Shown: positions 52,703 through 62,909 of the stretch, piece by piece
Layout: each line of letters begins with the position of its first letter
How positions within the stretch are numbered: position 1 is the first letter of the stretch
Virus record (IMG/VR): IMGVR_UViG_3300037512_001384
Location: 6,442 to 70,441 of that record
Source of the DNA: a virus
Reading direction: 5' to 3' (one strand)
Length of the DNA: 64,000 nucleotides
The notes under the pieces: model-generated
What the model saw: only the letters and a program-made list of their open reading frames with translations
Database searches by the model: none
Told to the model about the DNA's origin: nothing
Position numbers and translations under genes: made by a program

Positions 52703-53587
52703 CTATTGCGGATTATCTATTGTATTCTCATCGAGAAGGAAGATTGGGATTGCGTAACAGCAGCAGTTGGCATGATACATGGGGAATCCCTCCTTGTCCT
52801 TGATGTCATGGAAGCCCACCATCGAGTCACATTTCGCACACGGATAGGTCGAGCCGCGCAGCACGTAATAGCCCACTGCACCGTCTTTCTCGTAATCCAT
52901 GCCGAGAGACTTCATCCATGCCATCTGCAGCGTTGTCTTCGCCATGTTGGTGACGTTGGTCGAGCCGTTGTTGGATATGCCGACCGCGCCGTGCTGCACG
53001 CCGAGGCTCTGTATATACTGAGCGGCGAAGTCACGGTTATGCTTGAACGCCGCCAGCACCTCCGGCATGACATATATGGCATGTTTGTACATCTTGAGTC
53101 TGATGACCGCCTGTGCCATCGTGACCTTCACGGCCCGGAGCGCGGCGATAGCGGCTTCAAAGTCCTTCATCGTCTTATACAGGTAGCCGTCGAGGGTGTC
53201 ACGCAGGTTCTTGTTACCACGTCCGAGTACAGCCATCCATGCGAGCAGCCGTGCTATACGGTCCTTGTCATCGGTCACACGTGTCGAATACTCGTTGATG
53301 AGATTCAGTATCCTCTCTTCGACATCATCCATGACCTCCGATATCTCACTCATCATGTCCTCGTTGTACTGGTAGCTGATGGTGAAGGTCTCGGGGTCCA
53401 CGTCATAACGGTAACAGATGGTGACGATACGTTCAGCCATGTCATCGAGGATATCGTCAACACGTGACGCGAGGGCACGCGCCATCTCGTTACGACGGAG
53501 TATGAAATCCTTGGCAGAACGGATGTCATCCTCCTTCGGTAAACGGTAGCGTGTGCCGTCAATCTTTATCCTGATGGTGCTGGCCAT
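52703..53587 (-). CDS. minor head protein (Mu gpF / SPP1 gp7-like)
   Basis: C-terminal YPCAKCDS..HANCCCYAIP resembles the family HPNCRC motif. Lies directly downstream of the portal gene. Confidence 0.6.
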   Translation of the reverse strand: MASTIRIKIDGTRYRLPKEDDIRSAKDFILRRNEMARALASRVDDILDDMAERIVTICYRYDVDPETFTISYQYNEDMMSEISEVMDDVEERILNLINEYSTRVTDDKDRIARLLAWMAVLGRGNKNLRDTLDGYLYKTMKDFEAAIAALRAVKVTMAQAVIRLKMYKHAIYVMPEVLAAFKHNRDFAAQYIQSLGVQHGAVGISNNGSTNVTNMAKTTLQMAWMKSLGMDYEKDGAVGYYVLRGSTYPCAKCDSMVGFHDIKDKEGFPMYHANCCCYAIPIFLLDENTIDNPQ

Positions 53588-53590
53588 GAA

Positions 53591-55348
53591 TTAGTGTGTT
53601 GCGTTCCACCGGTTCCAGTTGTTCTCGTTCGGACGATTACCCCACTTGTCGGTATTCAGACGGTTGGGTCTTCCCTGTCCGCGACCTGTGGCTACCGAGC
53701 CTTTGGTCTTCTTTGAGACCTTACCTTTCTCCTCCTGTCCCTGCTCAATCCTGTTCTCAGCTTTGGCGACCTCAATTTGCTGGTTGGTCTCAATCTCACT
53801 GAGCTCACGCTGCATGTCTATGTTAGCGTCGTTCTGAATCTCCAGACGTTGCTCTTCAAGGAGCAGCTGGTTCATCATAGCCTCATGCTCCTCGTTGCAG
53901 ATACGCTCCCATTCGTTCGGTGTAGCATACGGGCTCTTCTCGGATGCCGTCTGTCGTGACAGGAACTTACCTACCACGGATGTGTTGAGGTTATTGGTCA
54001 GCTCGGTGTTGTTGACATGGATGTAAGGCTCAAGGTAATGACGTATGTTGGTTTTCATAAACGACAGCCTCATCTCAGCCTCGATGCCGTAACCCCATGT
54101 GAATATCTGAACCATGTCATCCACCACGCCGTCATACTCCTGTGCGTCATTCATAGCCTTCTCATAGGCGTCGGAGTACATGATCTTCAATGCCACACCC
54201 GGAGTGTCACCGGACTTGAGCTCAGGAGTCTTGACGGCGAAGGACTGCTTGTATATGGCATCCTCCACCTTATCCAGCTCGGCTTTGTAGGCGTTGGAGG
54301 CATCCTGGCGGTTGAGGAATCCAATCTCACCGTCTTCAGGAAGCAGCATTATCTTCGATGCGTATGACATATCCTTGGTGGTGATCTCCTCCGAACCCTC
54401 GCCCTTGACATACATGATAGGCAGACCGAAGTCATGGTTGCTGTGGGCGAGGTTGGAGAAGGCTACCTCATAGTTCTCGATGGACTCCTCTGAGAATGTC
54501 CAGCACGGACCGTTGTCATCACGCTTGTAAGCGACCGGGATACCGTTGAAACCATGCGGTTCTATGTACTCCAGCTTATAGCCGTCGGTGGAGAATATCT
54601 TCAGTATGAGTTGCTTCGCCTTATCGAAGATATTGGAAGGGTCGCCGTCAGCCACGAACCGGTAGTAGTAGGTGTTGTCCCATACGTCGATGTAACGCTT
54701 GGTGACGCTGCCGTCTTCCGAGTAGTTGCAGTAGGTACGTGCCAGGGTGTTGATTTTGCCGGTACGCATGTCATAATGCGGAAACAGACGGTCGCCGTTG
54801 AGGAAGCTCAGCACCTTCCATCCGAACTTACCGTTATCCATGAAGCCCACGAACGCGCCGTCACCGGTCGCCTTGACGGACTTGGCCAGCTGATACCATG
54901 CCACCTCCATGTTCTTGTTCGCCCATCCGTTACGGAAGGCGTTGAAGACGTTACGGCTCTCTTCGGTCACGGTGGTATCCGACAGCTCGAACTGCACGTC
55001 ATTACCGCACAGGTGTGTGAGGTGCTTGACGAGTATGATCTGCTGGTATGCGAAGGCGTAACGTGGTATCTCCTGGATATACCAGCGTCCGTCCTCCTCG
55101 TTCTGCTGCCATACGTCAGGGTAGAGCTCCCTGTCGTTGATGATGTGTCCTGCAGGATCCAGCTCACGCAAGAAATCCTCCTGTGTGATAATCTTACGTC
55201 TGAGGATGTCATGTGTCAGCGGAATCTCCGACGCTTCGTTCCAAACATACCCGTGGTCATAATGACCGTCGGGAAGGATACGAGTGAAAGGCTTCTTTGT
55301 CAGAAGGTCTCTCAGTTGTTTCTTGGTCTCGATGATGTTGTCTGCCAT
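53591..55348 (-). CDS. portal protein
   Basis: 585 aa, between TerL and the MuF-like gene. Basic disordered C-tail. Called by size and position. Confidence 0.6.
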   Translation of the reverse strand: MADNIIETKKQLRDLLTKKPFTRILPDGHYDHGYVWNEASEIPLTHDILRRKIITQEDFLRELDPAGHIINDRELYPDVWQQNEEDGRWYIQEIPRYAFAYQQIILVKHLTHLCGNDVQFELSDTTVTEESRNVFNAFRNGWANKNMEVAWYQLAKSVKATGDGAFVGFMDNGKFGWKVLSFLNGDRLFPHYDMRTGKINTLARTYCNYSEDGSVTKRYIDVWDNTYYYRFVADGDPSNIFDKAKQLILKIFSTDGYKLEYIEPHGFNGIPVAYKRDDNGPCWTFSEESIENYEVAFSNLAHSNHDFGLPIMYVKGEGSEEITTKDMSYASKIMLLPEDGEIGFLNRQDASNAYKAELDKVEDAIYKQSFAVKTPELKSGDTPGVALKIMYSDAYEKAMNDAQEYDGVVDDMVQIFTWGYGIEAEMRLSFMKTNIRHYLEPYIHVNNTELTNNLNTSVVGKFLSRQTASEKSPYATPNEWERICNEEHEAMMNQLLLEEQRLEIQNDANIDMQRELSEIETNQQIEVAKAENRIEQGQEEKGKVSKKTKGSVATGRGQGRPNRLNTDKWGNRPNENNWNRWNATH

Positions 55349-55359
55349 ATCTGTTGATG

Positions 55360-58107
55360 TTAATTATAGTGTGGTGACAGCTTACGCACTGTCCTTACCC
55401 GGTTTCCTTTCTGGAGCCAGTTGGGTACGGTAGCCTGCGTATGCTTGATGTCGAAAATCTCACGCATAAACAGAGCCTCGAAGAAGTCCGGTGAGTGACC
55501 TACGACGGCTTTGTTCTTCATCTGTTCCTTGTGAATAAGACACCATCCCTTATCGGCTTTTGACATATCCTGCTTGACGCATTTACGTTCAAGCTGCAGG
55601 ATGGCATATAATGTCTTGATCTCCTTTCCTATCTTGTATTTGCGCTGCAGCAGTGTCGGCTCGATGCTCCATCCGGACTGCTGTGTGCGCTCCGCGAACT
55701 TGTAAGCGCACTGTGACTTCTTGTTGTCATAGAGATGCTTGTCCTTGACGGACACAGCCTCCTGGTTGTTGAACGGTACGGCACGCGGGAACGCACCTTT
55801 GAGCACCTGTCCCATTCCGTTGAGGTCATAGGCGAAGTTCTCCTCCAGCACACCCCACTCACGCAGTTTCTCTTTCAGCATGGATGCGGTGGTGAAGGGG
55901 TCACGACGGCATACGAAGACATCGGCGACATGCCATCCTATCCACAGCCATGTGACGCAGTTGTCACCGCCGTCACCTGCTACGTCACAGGTGGCGCGAC
56001 GTATCTTGTCACCTACCATCTGTGAGTTCTTGAAGCAGGAATCGAGATGGAACGGCTGTATCATGTCATCACCCATCTTGATGATGTCCCAGTTACCGTC
56101 GAACTCACGGGCCCTGATTTCAGGAGGTTGGTTGAGCAGTGATGCTATATAACCCGGGTCGTTCTTGAGCAGCGCCTTGTTGTCCTTGAGGTTAGCCTTG
56201 ACGAAAGTGACCGATTTGACGAAGAAGGAGGTCTTGGTGTAGCCGTACTGCTCCCACTCGGGGTCCCATGCGTCATCAATCATCTCCTTACACTGCTCAT
56301 ATACCTCTTCGGGTGTGTCACCCCAGATGATGTTATCCACGCTATCATCCGGCATGTAGCAGTAACGCAGCACGCCGTCACGCTCCGGTATGGCGAACCC
56401 TTTGCGTTCCGGGTGTTTCTTACCGTCGAGATAGACGGTATCCTCCTTGCCTATCCACCAGTCCACGAACTTACGCAGCCATGACAGAGGGTCGGGGTTG
56501 CAGGTGCCGAGGATACGAGAATGGACACCGACGGTGTTACGGTTACAGGTCATCAGGAACTTGAACATCTCGAACGGCATCTGCGGCAGCTCGTCGATAC
56601 CGATATACGCGAACTGCTGTCCACGGAACTTTCTGTCGAAGTCCGCCATCGGCATGTCGTAAATGGTCAGTCCCAGCTTGGCTCCGGAACGGAAGTTCCA
56701 GGTCATATCATCCTTGGACTTGTTGTATCGTCCGAGTCCGGAGAACCAACGCTGGCTTTCGTTGATGATATTATCGAAGTCATCCTTGTTCCTTCTGAAG
56801 ATGTAACCATTAAAGTGCTTGTTCTTGATGTCATACATCGGTTCCATGAGCATTGTCACGGTATTGTGGTTGATGGTGTATGCATCGGTCAGATACAGGT
56901 GGTCACGTCCGGTGACGGTGATGCAACGGCACTGCTGCTTGGTATGATCCTTCGTTATGTACTGGATTTTCTTGGACAGCATGTTGGTGCATTGCGGGTT
57001 GGTCGGACATTCGGCGTTGACCCTGACAGTCCGGTCCGCTCCGCTGCCTTTCCTGAACAGTTCCTTGTCGTTCGGCGCCTTCATGGTGACGCGCCACCAT
57101 CCGAGGTAATTGGGTTCATCCTCTACCTGATGCACACGCGCCCATATACCCAGCGAGCGTGCGAGTTCAGCTATATCATCTATGAAATCCTTGTTCGGGA
57201 GTGTGATTATCGGACAGTTATGTCTTGTACGTCCGGAGCGTGCCATGATGCCAAGCAGGTATGACCATCTCACGGACACCGCTGCAGTCTTATACTCATG
57301 CGGTATGCGACAGGGCTCTTCCTGTCTGCAGCATGTTATCCTGCGTCTGTTTTCGTCGCTGATGCCGCGAATATAGAAGAAGCCGTCTTCTGCGTTGAGG
57401 TTGACCTTATAACCCCAAGCGCGGTATCTGACACGCATGAACTTGTCATCATCGAGGCGGATTCCCTTCTTGCCGAACTCCCATGTCCCCTTGCTGCTAA
57501 GAACGCCGAGCAGATACGGATGTATAGGCATATCGATGGCGGTCTTCTGCTCGTTCATCTCCACCTTGCCACAGAGCGGTATCTCCACATACTGTGTCTT
57601 ACCCCTACGCAGTGACATAGGGAACGGACGGTCTATGACGTAGTTGTCGAATATCTCACGTGCGGTCATCTCATGGTATATGTCACCTGCACCCACGCGA
57701 GCCCAGAACCGGTGGTTGTTCATGCATTTGAGTGTCGTGCCGTCATCGAAGTGTAGCGTGTATATCGTCTGCTCACCCTGCTCGAATATCTCACTGACCT
57801 TCTGAACGCCGTTGTAGGGCGTACATATAAGGTCGCCCACCTCCAGGTCGCCCATCCTGCGGAATCCCGAGGGTGTGGCTACCATAGTGCTGTAGGGGTT
57901 GGCTTTGCCGCCGCCCCTGTTGCCGCCGAACACCGTGATGTCCGCGACATTACCGAGTCCGAACTCCTGAGCGCCATCCTGGACGATGAAATATTTGTTT
58001 TTCTTGTCCGTTTCGGCTATCGTCCGAATATGCGGTAAAAAATCGTGACTAAAGATGTTCTTTCCATCCTTAGTACGTAACGCTGTCAAGCATGTTGAAT
58101 CCTGCAT
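55360..58107 (-). CDS. terL: terminase large subunit interrupted by an intein in the Walker A motif
   Basis: FGGNRGGGK | intein | TVTM.. restores GxxxxGKT. Downstream are IGIDE (Walker B) and LGTCNPD. ATG at 58107 is preferred over GTG at 58152. Confidence 0.85.
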   Translation of the reverse strand: MQDSTCLTALRTKDGKNIFSHDFLPHIRTIAETDKKNKYFIVQDGAQEFGLGNVADITVFGGNRGGGKANPYSTMVATPSGFRRMGDLEVGDLICTPYNGVQKVSEIFEQGEQTIYTLHFDDGTTLKCMNNHRFWARVGAGDIYHEMTAREIFDNYVIDRPFPMSLRRGKTQYVEIPLCGKVEMNEQKTAIDMPIHPYLLGVLSSKGTWEFGKKGIRLDDDKFMRVRYRAWGYKVNLNAEDGFFYIRGISDENRRRITCCRQEEPCRIPHEYKTAAVSVRWSYLLGIMARSGRTRHNCPIITLPNKDFIDDIAELARSLGIWARVHQVEDEPNYLGWWRVTMKAPNDKELFRKGSGADRTVRVNAECPTNPQCTNMLSKKIQYITKDHTKQQCRCITVTGRDHLYLTDAYTINHNTVTMLMEPMYDIKNKHFNGYIFRRNKDDFDNIINESQRWFSGLGRYNKSKDDMTWNFRSGAKLGLTIYDMPMADFDRKFRGQQFAYIGIDELPQMPFEMFKFLMTCNRNTVGVHSRILGTCNPDPLSWLRKFVDWWIGKEDTVYLDGKKHPERKGFAIPERDGVLRYCYMPDDSVDNIIWGDTPEEVYEQCKEMIDDAWDPEWEQYGYTKTSFFVKSVTFVKANLKDNKALLKNDPGYIASLLNQPPEIRAREFDGNWDIIKMGDDMIQPFHLDSCFKNSQMVGDKIRRATCDVAGDGGDNCVTWLWIGWHVADVFVCRRDPFTTASMLKEKLREWGVLEENFAYDLNGMGQVLKGAFPRAVPFNNQEAVSVKDKHLYDNKKSQCAYKFAERTQQSGWSIEPTLLQRKYKIGKEIKTLYAILQLERKCVKQDMSKADKGWCLIHKEQMKNKAVVGHSPDFFEALFMREIFDIKHTQATVPNWLQKGNRVRTVRKLSPHYN
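56863..57903 (-). mobile_element. 347-aa intein with a degenerate LAGLIDADG domain, Ala at position 1, ends HN, +1 Thr
   Basis: Block A ANPYSTMVATPSGFRRMGDL, block B LKCMNNHRFW, LAGLIDADG-like YLLGVLSSKG and YLLGIMARSG, block F/G CRCITVTGRDHLYLTDAYTINHN|T. Confidence 0.75.
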
Positions 58108-58261
58108 ATTTCTTATACATTTTTGACAAAGATATTTCAGAACAAGTGTCACATACGGTGTATTTCATTGGTAAAATGAAAGATTACCAAAATAAAAGCG
58201 CTTAGGAAAACACCAATCACTATAATTTGGCGAAAAATCTTTACAAATTATAGCAATTGGT

Positions 58262-59125
58262 ATGGAAAAAACAGCACTAATTCAGGAATTTAGGACCAGG
58301 CTTGGAGAAGACAACGCCAAGGTCATCAGTGACAAAACTTTCGACGGTATCGCCGATACAGTATTACCTCTCTTCGCGGATGACTCGAAAATCACCGAAG
58401 AGACGTGGAAGCTCCCTATCGCCATGCTGACTCAGTATGCAGGGCAGAAGCGTCACGATGAAGCCGAGTTCGCCAAGAAGTATCAAACCGAGTACGCCAC
58501 ACAGCATGAGCAAGATGTTGCCAAGCGTATCAAGGACGCAGCTGGCAAGGCTGTCGAGGAGTACAAGAAAGCTCACCCGGATAAGCCCGGTGGAGAAGGT
58601 GGCGACGGCGGTAACGGCGGCGAAGGTGGAAAGGACGATCTCAAAACAATGGTAAGTAACGCCGTAGCCGAGGCTATGAAGGGACTGACCGGTGACGAGA
58701 GCGAACTTTCAAAGGCACTGAAATCAATAAACGCATTTACGGCTTCACAGGCTGCACGGGAAAAAACCGACAACAAGAACCGCGTGAAGACCGAGCTCAT
58801 CAGCTACCTCACCGGTCTGGAGAAGGAAGCCCGCAAGGGTGGAGATATCCCGGCCGAGATTCAAGCTCTCATCGAAGATGCCGCTACTTACCTCGATTAC
58901 GGAGAAGACCCGAAGACTGACGCTCTCAAGCCCAGCATCAAGGCTTTCTACGAGAAGGAGTACAAGCGTCGCTACCCCAACGGAGGACAACCCTTCGGCG
59001 GTTCAAGCACCGGCGGTGGCGGCGGAGAGACGAACACCTTCGTCAAGGAGAAGATCGAGCAGCTGAAGAAGGAGGCCAAGGAAAGCGCGGACTACGCCAC
59101 CGAACAGGAGAAGACCTTCTGCTAA
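58262..59125 (+). CDS. hypothetical head-assembly protein (possible scaffold)
   Basis: Helical, charged, with a G-rich linker. First gene of the rightward head module. Confidence 0.3.
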   Translation: MEKTALIQEFRTRLGEDNAKVISDKTFDGIADTVLPLFADDSKITEETWKLPIAMLTQYAGQKRHDEAEFAKKYQTEYATQHEQDVAKRIKDAAGKAVEEYKKAHPDKPGGEGGDGGNGGEGGKDDLKTMVSNAVAEAMKGLTGDESELSKALKSINAFTASQAAREKTDNKNRVKTELISYLTGLEKEARKGGDIPAEIQALIEDAATYLDYGEDPKTDALKPSIKAFYEKEYKRRYPNGGQPFGGSSTGGGGGETNTFVKEKIEQLKKEAKESADYATEQEKTFC

Positions 59126-59171
59126 TCCAGGGGGCAAACAAAAGGTTTGTTAAACAAAAACTCACAGAAAA

Positions 59172-59834
59172 ATGAGAACAGGAACTATCAACAACTATGT
59201 GAAGTTCAGCAAGAGCTTCGGTGGTGTCCGCAAGTGCTACGAGGGCAAGCCCGAGATCGTAGTAGGCGGTTTCTCCTGCGACAAGTCATTGATGCCGCTT
59301 GACGGCGCTGCAATGGCTGCTGGAACCCCCGTGCTCTATGACGAGCAGCTCCGCACCCTCGTTCCTCTCTACACCTTCCGTGTCCTGGATGTTGACACCG
59401 AAGAGAACACCATCAAGGTGGAGAAGTTCGAGACCGGTAGTATCGCCAAGGTCGGCATGAACCTCATCGTCGTGGGTGATGACCTGACCGCCGCCGCTGC
59501 AGCCGTCCTGACCATCACCGATATCGACAAGTCAGCATCAGACTATGACATCCTGACCGTTACCGGTCTCACCGGTGGCAGCTCAGCCAATGTCCAGGTC
59601 GGTGACATCCTCGCAGAAGCCATGTCTGCAGTGGTGAAGAAAGTTAAGGTCATACCTAACGGTCTCACCTATTGCGACAACGTGCTTGACAACGATGCCT
59701 ACGCCATTGACGTAGATCCCATCTATTTCAGCGTGCGCCCCGTCCTTGAGCGTCGTATGCCTCCTCTGACCGCCAGTCTGAAGAAGGCCCTCATCGAGAA
59801 CGGTTGCTACTTCAATTTCTCAAACCGCAAGTAA
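59172..59834 (+). CDS. hypothetical head protein (possible decoration or accessory protein)
   Basis: Position immediately upstream of the putative capsid gene. Confidence 0.3.
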   Translation: MRTGTINNYVKFSKSFGGVRKCYEGKPEIVVGGFSCDKSLMPLDGAAMAAGTPVLYDEQLRTLVPLYTFRVLDVDTEENTIKVEKFETGSIAKVGMNLIVVGDDLTAAAAAVLTITDIDKSASDYDILTVTGLTGGSSANVQVGDILAEAMSAVVKKVKVIPNGLTYCDNVLDNDAYAIDVDPIYFSVRPVLERRMPPLTASLKKALIENGCYFNFSNRK

Positions 59835-59851
59835 ACAAAGGAGATTAGATT

Positions 59852-61015
59852 ATGAGAGACCAAAATCTTTATGGAATCAACGGTCTGCATCAGTATGTGG
59901 ACGCTGAGAGCTTCGGTCTGATCCTCGATAACGTCAACGCAAAGTACAACAATGCGATTTGGCGTCAGTTTGCTTCGTGGGGACAGCCGTCAAACGAGAG
60001 AGAGTGGAAGCAGGGTCTGAAGAAGACTCCTATCCTGGTACGTGCCAGCGTGCTCGGTACTCATTCCGAGAAGCCGCAGCGCTCAACCCAGGGTTGGGAA
60101 CTCTACGGAGGCACACTGCCCAAGGTAGGTCACGGATTCAGCATCGACCAGGATGACCTGATTGAGCTCCGTCGTTACAGCAAGGTCAATGACATCACCT
60201 TCGGTGAGGCCATTACCGACAGCTTCATACAGAACTCCAGCAACATGCTCGGAGGTGTACACAACGAACTCTCCTACATGACCCTCCAGGCCATGTCAAC
60301 AGGTGAGATTCACGATGTCGCCGTTGACGGCTACAAGTACGACTTCAAGTTCCAGATCCCCGAGGAGAACTTCGTAGCTCCCGACTCTGGCAAGGAGTGG
60401 TATGTATGGGATACCACCAGTGGCACTCCCAAGCTCGTCGCCAACGAGAACGCCGATGTCATCGAGGACATCTTGACCTTCCAGGATTACTACACCAACG
60501 TCCGCAACCTTGGTGTTGACCACTGGAAGCTGTCGAAGAACCTGCTCGACAAGATCGTGCTCCATCCGAGTGTCGTGAAGGCTTACATCGCCAGCAAGAA
60601 CTACTTCTCACCGACCAACGTGAAGGTGGTTCGCACCGATGTGCTGGCATGGATGCACAATGACATGAAGATATGGCCGTTCCAGGTCATCGACTTCAAG
60701 TCACGTCACGAGGAGGACGGCAAGCCCGTTGCCGATGCTCCCGCCTTCGATGAGCACAACATGGTAGCTGCCTCACGCGCTTACCGTCTCTTTGAGATGA
60801 AGTGCATGAACAGCGTCTATGTTGACCGCGTGAAGCTGGGTGGTCTGAGCGCTTCGGACCGCTATTCATTCGTTGAGGGACGTATCGCCGTGCTCAATAC
60901 ATGGCAGGAGCGTCCTATCAAGAACATCGTGGACTGCGAGCTCTTCGCCGGTCCTGTGTTCAACAACGTGAATGACTACGGCATCGCTACCGTATGGTAC
61001 GACTACGCCGGGTAA
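59852..61015 (+). CDS. putative major capsid protein
   Basis: 387 aa. Called by position in the head module and size only. Confidence 0.5.
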   Translation: MRDQNLYGINGLHQYVDAESFGLILDNVNAKYNNAIWRQFASWGQPSNEREWKQGLKKTPILVRASVLGTHSEKPQRSTQGWELYGGTLPKVGHGFSIDQDDLIELRRYSKVNDITFGEAITDSFIQNSSNMLGGVHNELSYMTLQAMSTGEIHDVAVDGYKYDFKFQIPEENFVAPDSGKEWYVWDTTSGTPKLVANENADVIEDILTFQDYYTNVRNLGVDHWKLSKNLLDKIVLHPSVVKAYIASKNYFSPTNVKVVRTDVLAWMHNDMKIWPFQVIDFKSRHEEDGKPVADAPAFDEHNMVAASRAYRLFEMKCMNSVYVDRVKLGGLSASDRYSFVEGRIAVLNTWQERPIKNIVDCELFAGPVFNNVNDYGIATVWYDYAG

Positions 61016-61037
61016 TACTTTGACAATGTGATTTGAC

Positions 61038-61451
61038 ATGTCCGAACCCGAGGTACATATCTACACAGCTGAGGAGTATATCCAGAGCCTGTCACCCAAT
61101 GCCAACGTCAGTGAGAGCACCATGTCCGGTGTTCTCGCTGATGCGGGCATTAAGGCTGACACCGCCTTCGAGACCCTTACTGAGAAACAGAAGGACCTGG
61201 CTCAAGCCTATCTTTTCATTCGTTTCGCAAGCAATCCCATTCAGTCACAGAGAGTGTCTGACAAGGATGGTGACTGGGAACATTCGGAAGGTAGCGAGCA
61301 GTGGTCACGTTCGCAGATGCAGCAGTTCCTGTTGCTGGCACGTGACCTTTTGAAGAAGTGGGGTATCACTGATCAGCGTGTCGAGTCTCTTGCTCCCAAG
61401 TGGGGCATGAAAGGTAACGGTTTCCACAAGATACGCAGACCTATACGGTAA
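61038..61451 (+). CDS. hypothetical head-tail joining protein
   Basis: Position only. Confidence 0.35.
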   Translation: MSEPEVHIYTAEEYIQSLSPNANVSESTMSGVLADAGIKADTAFETLTEKQKDLAQAYLFIRFASNPIQSQRVSDKDGDWEHSEGSEQWSRSQMQQFLLLARDLLKKWGITDQRVESLAPKWGMKGNGFHKIRRPIR

Positions 61452-61455
61452 AGCT

Positions 61456-61926
61456 ATGAGAGTCAACAATCCGCGATTTCCCCATACCTGCCGCATCACG
61501 CGCAACACTGACGAAGGTCCCATGTCAGACGAGTCGGTAGTCAGCAATCCCATGCTTGACGAAGACCCTATGGCAGACAGCGAACCGACGTCCGGCACTG
61601 GCGGTGACGAGACGCAGGATCCCGCGCAGGAAGAACCCACGCAGGAGGGCGAAGAGGTCAAGGAGGGAGATTCGGTCATCTATGAGGGCAAATGCCGCGC
61701 CTACGACAAGCATACGACGTCAGACAAGGGAGAGGTTATCACGTCATACCGTGCTCTCGCCTTGCCTCTCACACGGGACGACTGGCAGAAGCTGGGTGTG
61801 GTGCCGAGAGCAGGTGACATCATCGTTGTTGACCGTGGCGGTTATACCGAATATGGTTTTGTGCTGGATGCCAACCCAGCGAATTTCGGAGGGACACATC
61901 TGATTTGGAAATATGGCAGGAACTAA
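61456..61926 (+). CDS. hypothetical structural protein
   Basis: Position only. Confidence 0.35.
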   Translation: MRVNNPRFPHTCRITRNTDEGPMSDESVVSNPMLDEDPMADSEPTSGTGGDETQDPAQEEPTQEGEEVKEGDSVIYEGKCRAYDKHTTSDKGEVITSYRALALPLTRDDWQKLGVVPRAGDIIVVDRGGYTEYGFVLDANPANFGGTHLIWKYGRN

Positions 61927-62458
61927 CGACAGTATCATAGACAAGGCTTGTAAGGATTACAAGAAGGCGATTTTCAACGAGGTTGAGAAGCGCTGTAAGT
62001 CTTTCTGCGATGACCTCTGTCTCAGGGCTATCGAGTTCCGTAAGTCCGCACCGGGTAAGCATGACTTCACCGGTAACTTGCTGACATCTATCGTGGTCTG
62101 TCTGTATCGCAACGGCAGACCGGTATATGCTTGTTACGCGGGTGACAGTCTCTCTTATCCCATCCAGGTCAAGATGACCGCTCCCAAGAAATATCACTTC
62201 AAGGTTGACTATGAGGGTGCTGAGAGTCATTACACACCTTCAGTGAAGACCGATGAGGGTTGGGGACCGGATGATGCGGTCAAGTTCTTCCAGTCGTACA
62301 GACCGGAGGGCAAGAACCTGTTCGACATCGTTGTGGCATACCCTGTTGAGTATGCTTCATGGGTGGAGAAGCAACGCAGCACCACCGGTATCCTGCAGAC
62401 CTATGCCTACGCCGAGCGCGTGGGTACTACCTTCCTCGGATTACCACGAGCCGCTTAA
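61913..62458 (+). CDS. hypothetical structural protein
   Basis: Position only. Confidence 0.35.
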   Translation: MAGTNDSIIDKACKDYKKAIFNEVEKRCKSFCDDLCLRAIEFRKSAPGKHDFTGNLLTSIVVCLYRNGRPVYACYAGDSLSYPIQVKMTAPKKYHFKVDYEGAESHYTPSVKTDEGWGPDDAVKFFQSYRPEGKNLFDIVVAYPVEYASWVEKQRSTTGILQTYAYAERVGTTFLGLPRAA

Positions 62459-62470
62459 CACATTACGACT

Positions 62471-62887
62471 ATGGCAAGCAAACCGCTGATATACCGCATC
62501 TATGAGGATATGAGTGCAGCCCTTCTGACCGTCACGTCGAAGGTGTACTTAGGACGTCCCAAGACCACCGACTCCAATCTCTCGGAGTTCCTGGTCTTTG
62601 AGATTCCGACGGAGCTGCTGGGTATGATTGCCGGAAACGCCGATGTGCGGTCGGACTGTTACCCTCTCATCTCTGTCTATGTGAATGCCAAGAGCAACGG
62701 CACTCTCAACATAGGGGCACAGAGTAACCTCATTCAGAAGGTTCTCGACCTGTTTCCCATCAACGGGAAGCATATCGTAGCCAAGAAGCCGAGGATACTC
62801 ATGCGCGGCAATGATGACACGGGTTATCAGGTCACACAGATAACGTTCAAGCTGAGAACCAAGTTCAATGCGAGAACTATAGAGTAA
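62471..62887 (+). CDS. hypothetical structural protein
   Basis: Position only. Confidence 0.35.
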   Translation: MASKPLIYRIYEDMSAALLTVTSKVYLGRPKTTDSNLSEFLVFEIPTELLGMIAGNADVRSDCYPLISVYVNAKSNGTLNIGAQSNLIQKVLDLFPINGKHIVAKKPRILMRGNDDTGYQVTQITFKLRTKFNARTIE

Positions 62888-62909
62888 TCAATCCAAAAAC
62901 TATACGACA

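Noticed and set aside
52697-57264. Long plus-strand ORFs (52697-53467, 54554-55357, 56521-57264) antisense to the MuF, portal and TerL genes
   Set aside because: They are V/H/L/G-rich mirror translations of strongly supported minus-strand genes, with no independent signals.
58181-58192. AGATTACCAAAA 12-mer shared with 45898-45909 as proof of a common operator
   Set aside because: A single 12-mer recurrence is expected by chance many times in 64 kb. It is kept only as a weak note inside the control-region finding.
52625-58261. Whether the leftward packaging block (MuF, portal, TerL) is a third invertible segment
   Set aside because: I found no inverted repeats at its borders. The left border is an ordinary convergent terminator and the right border a divergent intergenic region. 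This is a normal divergent-module layout.
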